From a virus, in IMG/VR virus record IMGVR_UViG_3300020034_000005, positions 1 through 64,000 of that record: DNA of 64,000 bases. One strand, written 5' to 3'. A program made the position numbers and the translations under genes. Positions within the stretch are counted from its first letter, which is position 1. Every line of letters starts with the position of its first letter. The notes below the pieces were generated by a model. That model was not told the origin of the DNA and made no database searches. It saw only the letters and a list, made by a program, of their open reading frames with translations. Positions 57,761-64,000 of the stretch are shown here, piece by piece.

Positions 57761-57987
57761 TCGCCGACCTGGCGGGCCGTCTCGCCATCCACCTCACCCG
57801 GTACGCACACCGCCACGGGGTGCACCGGTACCTGGCCACGTCGTGTTTGCACGGTGATCACGCGTACTGCGCCGGGGAGACCGGCCGGGTCGGGGCGAAG
57901 GCGCCGGCGCGGTGCAAGTTCTGCCCGGACGGTGCGGGCAGCTGCGTCTGCCCGTGCCACCGGATCGGGGTGGCCGACCATGCCTGA
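57757..57987 (+). CDS. Small Cys/His protein ending CVCPCH
   Basis: HRYLATSCLHGDHAYC..CKFC..CVCPCH. Confidence 0.55.
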   Translation: MIADLAGRLAIHLTRYAHRHGVHRYLATSCLHGDHAYCAGETGRVGAKAPARCKFCPDGAGSCVCPCHRIGVADHA

Positions 57988-58159
57988 CCCGATCGCGTTG
58001 ATGCCGCCGGGGGTCGACCTCTGGCTGAACGCCGGCGAGAGGTGGATCCACATCCCCGCGCCGCCCACCCCCGCCGAGAAGGCGTTGGCCATCCTGCGCC
58101 CGCACCTCGCCTGGCAGCCCCGGTACCGCCCCACCCCCTGACCCACCAGGAGACCCACC

Positions 58160-58570
58160 GTGACCAAACCGGCAGCAACCGACCCGCTGGCCAAGTCCAA
58201 CGAGTCCTGCCCCTTCTGCCTGATCAACCTCGGCCGCGCGCCCGCCACGTTCGTGGGCGAGTGGGCCGACGCCTTCGCGATCGTCCCGCGCCAACCGGTG
58301 GTCGAGGGGCACATCCTCGTCATCCCGAAGAGCCACGTCGTCGATTTCGCGGACGACCCCGACGTGACCGGGGCGACCGCGCGGCGGGCGGCGCAGCTCT
58401 GCCGCGACCTGGACCTGGTGCACGCCAACCTGATCACCAGCCGAGGCGTACACGCCACGCAGTCCGTTTCCCACCTTCACCTGCACCTGATTCCCCGGAC
58501 GGAGAACGACGGACTGGCCCTGCCCTGGCACTCCGGCCGCACCCGGCGCACCTCGGGAGACGCGCCATGA
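58160..58570 (+). CDS. HIT family nucleotide hydrolase
   Basis: CPFC..GHILVIPK..QSVSHLHLHLIPR histidine triad. Confidence 0.9.
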   Translation: MTKPAATDPLAKSNESCPFCLINLGRAPATFVGEWADAFAIVPRQPVVEGHILVIPKSHVVDFADDPDVTGATARRAAQLCRDLDLVHANLITSRGVHATQSVSHLHLHLIPRTENDGLALPWHSGRTRRTSGDAP

Positions 58571-58737
58571 AGCGGCAACCGCCCCCGTGCCCGTCGGGGA
58601 AGTGGCGCTACCGCGACCGCATCGCCGCCATGTTCGCGCTCGCGGGTATCGACCGCACTGGATCGAAGCGGCGCGAGCAGCGCGCGTACCGGTGTTCCGC
58701 CTGCCGCGGCTGGCACCTCACCAGCCGACCTGCCTGA
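58567..58737 (+). CDS. Small Zn-finger protein
   Basis: CPSGK..RAYRCSACRGWHLTS. Confidence 0.65.
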   Translation: MKRQPPPCPSGKWRYRDRIAAMFALAGIDRTGSKRREQRAYRCSACRGWHLTSRPA

Positions 58738-58889
58738 CCCACCGCGCCTGCGTAGGAACCCCTACGCAGGCCACGGCCCGCACCCTCATCACCCAGGCGC
58801 AACAACCGAACCCATTCACCCCAACAGCCCGCAAGCCGCCACCACAACCTGATGCACTCCCACATTCAACAGAAAGCCCGGGGGAACCC

Positions 58890-59060
58890 ATGTCAGACCA
58901 CGGCCAACTCGCACACACCGGAATCGGCACCGTCGTCATCGGCGGCACCGCCTACTACATCGGCGGCTGGATGATCCTCGCCGCGCTCCTCCTCGTCGCC
59001 ACCGGAACCCTCCTCATCCGCCTCCGCTTCCGCCGCGGACGCACCGTCGGTGAGAAGTGA
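58890..59060 (+). CDS. 56-aa protein consisting of a LAXTG sortase-type sorting signal
   Basis: MSDHGQ-LAHTG, hydrophobic stretch, basic tail RLRFRRGR; GTGA-coupled to GT2. Confidence 0.7.
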   Translation: MSDHGQLAHTGIGTVVIGGTAYYIGGWMILAALLLVATGTLLIRLRFRRGRTVGEK

Positions 59061-60550
59061 CCGGACGCCGCCGCCGGACCCCGGTACTGGCCGCCCACCA
59101 GCACCGCTCCGGCACCATCCTCATCGGCATCGTCGTCCTCGGATGCGCCGCCGCCTGGGCCGCACAACACGCCCTCGCCGCCTCCGATTACGCCCACACA
59201 AGCAGCCGCCTCAGCCTCGTCTGGGTGGCCCTGTTCTTCGCGTTCATGACGCAGACGCTCATGTACCACCTGGAGCGCCCCAGGAAGGTCAGCGCCCGGC
59301 AGCAGCGGTATCTCGACAGCCTCCACATATCGATCCTCGTGCCCGTCTACAACGAGGACCCCGGATACCTGCGCCTCGGTCTGGAATCGTTCCTCCGCCA
59401 GACCCGCATGCCGGACTCCGTGCACATCGTCGACGACGGCAGCACCAGCTCCGACTACACCCACATCCGCACCTGGTGGCAGCAGGCAGCCCGTAACGCC
59501 GGACTTCACACCACCTGGCAGCGCATCCCCAACGCGGGGAAACGGCACGCCCAGGCCAACGCCGTCGACCGCAGCGGCGACGCGGACATTTACATCACGT
59601 GCGACTCCGACAGCTGCTTTGCCCCCAACGCTGTTGCCGAAGCCCTCGCCCCGTTCGCCCGGCCGCGCGTGCAGTCGGTCGCCGGGATCGTCATCGCCAC
59701 GAACAACCACGCCAGTCTCCTGGCCCGTGTCACTGACCTGTGGTTCACCACCACCCAGCTCGTCGACCGGTCCGGGCAGTCCGCGGTCGGCGCCGTCATG
59801 GTGAACTCCGGTCCCCTCGCCGCGTACCGGGCGGGCATCATCCGCGACAACCTCGGCAGCTATTTGAACGAAACGTTCATGGGCCGCCCGGTGATGTTCT
59901 CCGACGACAGCCTCCTCACCCTGTACGCGCAGGAGCGCGGCCTGACCGTTCAGCAGCCGTCCGCGGTGGTGTTCACGGCGATGCCGGAGAGCTGGGGGCA
60001 TTTCTCCCGCATGTACCTGCGGTGGATGCGCGGCTCCACGATCCGGTCGGTGTGGCGGATGCGGTACCTGTCGGTGGCGCGGCCTGCGTTCTGGCTGCAC
60101 CTGCTGCGCTGGTTCCAGGTGTTCCTCGTCCAGATGGTCACCGTGTGGCTGGTGCTCGTCGAGCCGATCGCGTACACGAATCTGCCGCCGTTGAGCATGC
60201 TGTGGGTGCCGTTCCTCATCGGCTGGGCGCAGGGGTTGCGCTACCTGAGTGTGATCCGCAGCGATGAGCGGATCCGGTCGCGGGCGGTGACGTGGCTCCT
60301 GATGCCCCTGGCGATCGTCCTGGCGTGGACGGCGCTGCGGTGGTTGCGCTGGTACGGCATCGCGACGTGCGCCCGCACCGGCTGGGGGACCCGCCAGAAC
60401 GGCGCCGAAGTGTCCCTCGCCACCGCGGTCGGCCCGCAGCCCCTGGCGGCGGCGATGCTCGCAGACTTCCCGACGGCGCGAGTGCGGGCCGTCAAGCTCC
60501 TCGATGTGGACACCGAGACCACCCTGCAAACCGCCCTGCCCCGCCGGTAG
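59057..60550 (+). CDS. Membrane processive GT2, hyaluronan synthase/NodC-like
   Basis: VPVYNED, VDDGS, NAGKRHAQ, CDSDS, SGPLAAYR, SDDSLLT, MYLRWMRG; N- and C-terminal TM helices. Confidence 0.85.
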   Translation: MTGRRRRTPVLAAHQHRSGTILIGIVVLGCAAAWAAQHALAASDYAHTSSRLSLVWVALFFAFMTQTLMYHLERPRKVSARQQRYLDSLHISILVPVYNEDPGYLRLGLESFLRQTRMPDSVHIVDDGSTSSDYTHIRTWWQQAARNAGLHTTWQRIPNAGKRHAQANAVDRSGDADIYITCDSDSCFAPNAVAEALAPFARPRVQSVAGIVIATNNHASLLARVTDLWFTTTQLVDRSGQSAVGAVMVNSGPLAAYRAGIIRDNLGSYLNETFMGRPVMFSDDSLLTLYAQERGLTVQQPSAVVFTAMPESWGHFSRMYLRWMRGSTIRSVWRMRYLSVARPAFWLHLLRWFQVFLVQMVTVWLVLVEPIAYTNLPPLSMLWVPFLIGWAQGLRYLSVIRSDERIRSRAVTWLLMPLAIVLAWTALRWLRWYGIATCARTGWGTRQNGAEVSLATAVGPQPLAAAMLADFPTARVRAVKLLDVDTETTLQTALPRR

Positions 60551-60562
60551 GCCCCATGCGAT

Positions 60563-60596
60563 TGCGGCCCCCGACCCGTGTGGGCCGGGGGCCGCA
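60563..60596. terminator. Bidirectional GC-rich hairpin between convergent genes
   Basis: TGCGGCCCCCG...CGGGGGCCGCA. Confidence 0.6.
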
Positions 60597-60623
60597 GACG
60601 TGTACGGACGGTGAGGGTCGCCG

Positions 60624-60809
60624 CTACTCCGACGGCAGCCGGCCCGCGATCTGCCCGGCCAGGATGTGCGCGTCCGTGGCGTGCTCGCCGGATCCGCCGG
60701 CCAGCACCTGCAGCAGCCGGACCGCCTCCCGCGCCTCGTCCAATGTGATCAGCGGGAGGCGGGTGGGCTCGGGGAAGTCGCCGGTGACCGGGGGTGCGAT
60801 GCCGTCCAT
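60624..60809 (-). CDS. Small hypothetical protein
   Basis: LITLDEARE..LAGQIAGRLPS. Confidence 0.5.
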   Translation of the reverse strand: MDGIAPPVTGDFPEPTRLPLITLDEAREAVRLLQVLAGGSGEHATDAHILAGQIAGRLPSE

Positions 60810-60840
60810 GACCAGGGCAACGGGGCGGGGGAGGGTCCGG

Positions 60841-61128
60841 TTACGGCACGTCGACGATCCTCACGTAGCCCGCCGCGTCCAGCTCGGCCAGCAGCTCGTC
60901 GATGTCCTCCGGTGGCAGCCCCGTGGCGCGCCGCTCCAGCTCAGCAGCCCGCGCGTCCTCGATGCTCCAGTCGCCAGCTGCCGCGAGGAGCTCGCTGAGG
61001 AGACCGACCGCACCGAGGCTCAACGGGGCGTTCTGGATCAAGTCGTTGGGGATGTACGTCACCGGCCTCTCCGGATCACGGAGCACGCTGTCGAGGATGT
61101 GCGGCTGTACGTGGACTTCCTTCGTCAC
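60841..61128 (-). CDS. Stand-alone winged-helix domain (Rep N-terminus-like)
   Basis: YIPNDLI..LSLGAVGLL..W..LAELDAAGYV. Confidence 0.6.
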   Translation of the reverse strand: MTKEVHVQPHILDSVLRDPERPVTYIPNDLIQNAPLSLGAVGLLSELLAAAGDWSIEDARAAELERRATGLPPEDIDELLAELDAAGYVRIVDVP

Positions 61129-61347
61129 GGTCGTTCGCCCCTTCGTTGCCAGCCTGCAATCGATCAAGCCTCGCGCGCACGCACTAAGGCCGAAGGGCCA
61201 CCACGGGCGTGTTGGCAAGCCGGATATTGATGCCTTCTCCGTATTGGGTAACCCGTCTTGGTAGTGAAGACCCCGGACCGCCGAACCCCTCGCCCGTGAC
61301 ACCTTCGCCGAAGGCGTCGTCACCGAAGGTGTCGCCAGTGGCGACCT

Positions 61348-61692
61348 CTAAATGTCCGGTTTCGTGGAGCGGTTGTAGACCGTCAACGTCGTCACGAAGC
61401 CGCCCCCACCCGGCTGTCCCGCAGGAACCTTCGATCGCACACGGGTCAGGTAGCCGTACTCCTCCAGCTCGGCGAACGCCATACGGAAAGCCCTCTTGCT
61501 CTCCGCCCGATCACCCCGATGCCGGTGGGCCTTCTCCCACATCTTCTGGGCGTTCGTCTGCCATCCCGGCGGCCGCGCCAGGATCTCGACCAGCACCATG
61601 CGGGACAGCATCCCGAGCCGCTCGTCGAACACCATCTCGTTCGGGGGCTGGGAGAAGCCCTTCTTGATCTCGGACCGTTGGACTATCAGCAC
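61348..61692 (-). CDS. Stand-alone winged-helix domain (Rep N-terminus-like)
   Basis: FSQPPN..DERL..LARPPGW..ELEEYGYL. Confidence 0.65.
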   Translation of the reverse strand: MLIVQRSEIKKGFSQPPNEMVFDERLGMLSRMVLVEILARPPGWQTNAQKMWEKAHRHRGDRAESKRAFRMAFAELEEYGYLTRVRSKVPAGQPGGGGFVTTLTVYNRSTKPDI

Positions 61693-61917
61693 CTTTCGGC
61701 CTCCGTCTGGCAGGCGGAGGCCGGGGCGGCTATCGTCATGAGAGGTGCCTTACTTCGAGGTGGGACACTGACGAGGCGGGCTGGTAACCCGCTCCATACG
61801 CACAGCGGCCGGACGGAGAACCCCCGTCCGGCCGCTGCCGTTTTGCTGACATTCTACGTGGCGCATGTGACCCAAGTGGCATATTCACGCGGGCAGTTAC
61901 GCCTGATCCGCACCGCT

Positions 61918-62229
61918 CTACAGCTCGGTGATCTCGAACGGTTCTGGCAGTGGCAGCAACGGCACGCCCAGCGCCGTCCCGATCAGTGCGCGGGCCAGAA
62001 TGTCGTGCTCGACCGGGTCGCGGCCAGGCGGCATCAGCACGCAGAACGACCCGTCCGCGCGGACCGCGACACCACCGCAGAACGTCCGGTCGGTGATCGA
62101 GGACGTCACCAGGGCCACACCCAGCTCGGCCAGCAGGTCCGGCAGCGGGGCGTTGAGGAGGTGGGCGGGGGTCGGCCGAGGTCCCACAGGGGTGCGGGTT
62201 GTAGACGGCGTTGCTAAGGTTGCAGACAC
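61918..62229 (-). CDS. Hypothetical protein
   Basis: GAAGGAG RBS before GTG. Confidence 0.55.
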   Translation of the reverse strand: MSATLATPSTTRTPVGPRPTPAHLLNAPLPDLLAELGVALVTSSITDRTFCGGVAVRADGSFCVLMPPGRDPVEHDILARALIGTALGVPLLPLPEPFEITEL

Positions 62230-62365
62230 GAGTGCTCCTTCTTCGCGGTAGGAACTCACTGATCAGCAGGTGGCAACCCGCTGGTTGGGCTGGCCGGACG
62301 TTCGCAGCGTCCGGCCTTTCACGTCCCCCCCAATTCAACGACGTGGGCGGGGATGCGTCTCGGTG

Positions 62366-62779
62366 TCAGTGCGGGAGTACGCCATCGAGGTACTCCTGCA
62401 CCGGTCCGAACAGCCCGTAGGGCACGTACTCCGCGATCTCCGAGTGCGCGATCCAGGCGACCGCGTCCAACTCCTCGTCGTCAGCGACCCGGGCCTCACC
62501 GCCGACGGGGCGGACCGCGACGTAGTGCATCGGCACCTTCGACTTCGGGTGGACTCGATCACCGAGCACCTTGATCACTTCCACCTTCAGGCCGGTCTCC
62601 TCGTCGACCTCGCGGACCGCCGCCTCCTCCGGGGACTCGCCGGCCTCGATCGCGCCCCCCGGGAAGACCCAGGAGATCTCACCCTCAGAGGCGCGGCGGC
62701 GGGCCATGAGGACCTTCCCGCCATCGGTGATGATCGCCACCGACACGGGGGGCTTCTCGGCAGTCGTCTCGGTCGTCAT
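62366..62779 (-). CDS. Nudix hydrolase (canonical box)
   Basis: GGAIEAGESPEEAAVREVDEETGL. Confidence 0.9.
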   Translation of the reverse strand: MTTETTAEKPPVSVAIITDGGKVLMARRRASEGEISWVFPGGAIEAGESPEEAAVREVDEETGLKVEVIKVLGDRVHPKSKVPMHYVAVRPVGGEARVADDEELDAVAWIAHSEIAEYVPYGLFGPVQEYLDGVLPH

Positions 62780-63414
62780 ACGGTGGCCTCCAGGGCGTCC
62801 AGGATCGGCGGGTAGATGCGGTCGGCGGGGATGTAGCGGGAGAGCTCCGCTATGGGAGCCCATGCCACGTCGGCGTTTTCGGAAGCGTCCCCATTGACCG
62901 CTTCGCCGCGCACGAAATCGCAGAGATAGTAGTTGCAGTAGGCGCGGGTTACGGGATGAAGTCGTTCACCGAGGTGCTCACGGACCATGCAGTGGATGCC
63001 TGTTTCGTCGAGCGTTTCGCGGACCGCGACCTTGGTGGCGGATCCGCCCGGCTTGACGATTCCGGCAGGGAACTGCCAGGTGATGTCCGTGCCGTCCTGC
63101 CTGCAGACGAGGAGCACCTCACCCCCGCGGCGCACCACGGCGATGGCTACACGCAAGGCCTGTGCCTGCATCTGCTGGGGCTGGGCGCGCGTGTAGTGGA
63201 TGAACCGCCGACGCACCGCATCACCTGCCTTCTCCGTGTAGGCCGTATTCAGAATCCGGCGGGTTTCCAACTTCGGGACCATGTCCGGCGACTTGTGCCA
63301 TGACGCGACACTCCGGACGGAGACCCCGAGGCGCGCAGCGAATTCCTCCTGCGAGTCCTCGAATGCGTCCTGGAGACAGCACGCGTGTCGTCCGGTCCAC
63401 TGGGTGACATCCAC
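62776..63414 (-). CDS. XRE-HTH / Nudix fusion protein (degenerate Nudix box)
   Basis: SQEEFAARLGVSVRSVASW HTH; AGIVKPGGSATKVAVRETLDETGI. Confidence 0.85.
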   Translation of the reverse strand: MDVTQWTGRHACCLQDAFEDSQEEFAARLGVSVRSVASWHKSPDMVPKLETRRILNTAYTEKAGDAVRRRFIHYTRAQPQQMQAQALRVAIAVVRRGGEVLLVCRQDGTDITWQFPAGIVKPGGSATKVAVRETLDETGIHCMVREHLGERLHPVTRAYCNYYLCDFVRGEAVNGDASENADVAWAPIAELSRYIPADRIYPPILDALEATV

Positions 63415-63457
63415 TATCGGCTCCTTGGCCGCGCCTGTGGGGGCTGTTGCGGCGAAG

Positions 63458-63517
63458 CTGCAGGGTGCCTGCATGTCCGCTGCATGATCACTGCATGTTG
63501 CTGCAGGGTGACTTCAT
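63458..63517. repeat. Six helically phased CTGCA(T/G)G repeats upstream of HTH-Nudix
   Basis: Copies at 63458, 63469, 63480, 63491, 63501, 63512 (last degenerate). Confidence 0.75.
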
Positions 63518-63564
63518 GGTCCAGGGACGCGCACGCGCGTTGACTCGATCCCATGAAGCCACCG

Positions 63565-63819
63565 TCACTCTCCCTTGCCGTACTGGAAGGCGCGTTGGTA
63601 CGTGACGCCTCCCATGATCTTGCCGATCTGCTTCCAGGTCGTCGTGGGGGTCTTGAGCCCCTGGGCGATCTCTTGGCGTTGGCGTCTGCGGAACAGTTCG
63701 AGTTCCTCTTCGAGGTGCTTGGCGAGGTTGACGAATGCGGCCCAGCGCTCGGGGAGGTCTTCGATCGCGCGCAGCTCGTCGTCGTAGCGCGTGTAGGGAG
63801 CGTCGGAAGAGATGGCCAT
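63565..63819 (-). CDS. Small HTH DNA-binding protein
   Basis: TWKQIGKIMGGVTYQRAFQ HTH. Confidence 0.65.
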   Translation of the reverse strand: MAISSDAPYTRYDDELRAIEDLPERWAAFVNLAKHLEEELELFRRRQRQEIAQGLKTPTTTWKQIGKIMGGVTYQRAFQYGKGE

Positions 63820-63883
63820 GACGTGAGAGTACGGGCGATCCGACGCTCACTCAAGACTCAGCTAGAGAAAGTGAGTTGGGTGC

Positions 63884-63912
63884 TTGACTCCCCGTCGTGC
63901 GACCTCTACGGT
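63884..63912 (+). promoter_or_regulatory. HrdB/sigma70-type promoter pointing out of the window
   Basis: TTGACT-N17-TACGGT. Confidence 0.6.
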
Positions 63913-64000
63913 CGAGACATCGAAGCCTCAAGCTGCGATTTGAGAATGATCGTCGTCCACTCCTACCGGACCCAGTCCGCGGACGATGAACAACCAAACA

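Overview
Near-complete genome of a high-GC temperate siphovirus, most likely infecting Streptomyces or a close actinomycete, in virion (non-integrated) gene order because attP is intact in the middle. Layout: left arm (1-23.2 kb) carries a prim-pol-like gene, terminases, portal, capsid, a capsid-linked GT4 glycosyltransferase, head-tail and tail genes with a -1 frameshift, tape measure, minor tails and lysis. A mosaic accessory block (23.2-31.8 kb) holds a lipoprotein, a second Cre-like tyrosine recombinase and LexA-box-controlled genes. The attP/integrase/repressor/cro switch is at 31.9-35.2 kb. A long early operon (35-58.7 kb) encodes RecE/RecT, three DNA methyltransferases, a Rep initiator with iteron arrays, a helicase, HNH and HIT. 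The right end carries a LAXTG micro-protein plus hyaluronan-synthase-like GT2 and a leftward HTH-Nudix/Nudix module. Most notable: (1) the attP core looks like the 3' end of the RNase P RNA gene rnpB rather than a tRNA; (2) a sorting-signal-only LAHTG peptide is translationally coupled to a processive GT2; (3) a GT4 is coupled to the capsid gene, and capsid and tail tube both end in YTG..S. All calls come from reading motifs and synteny; no database searches were run.
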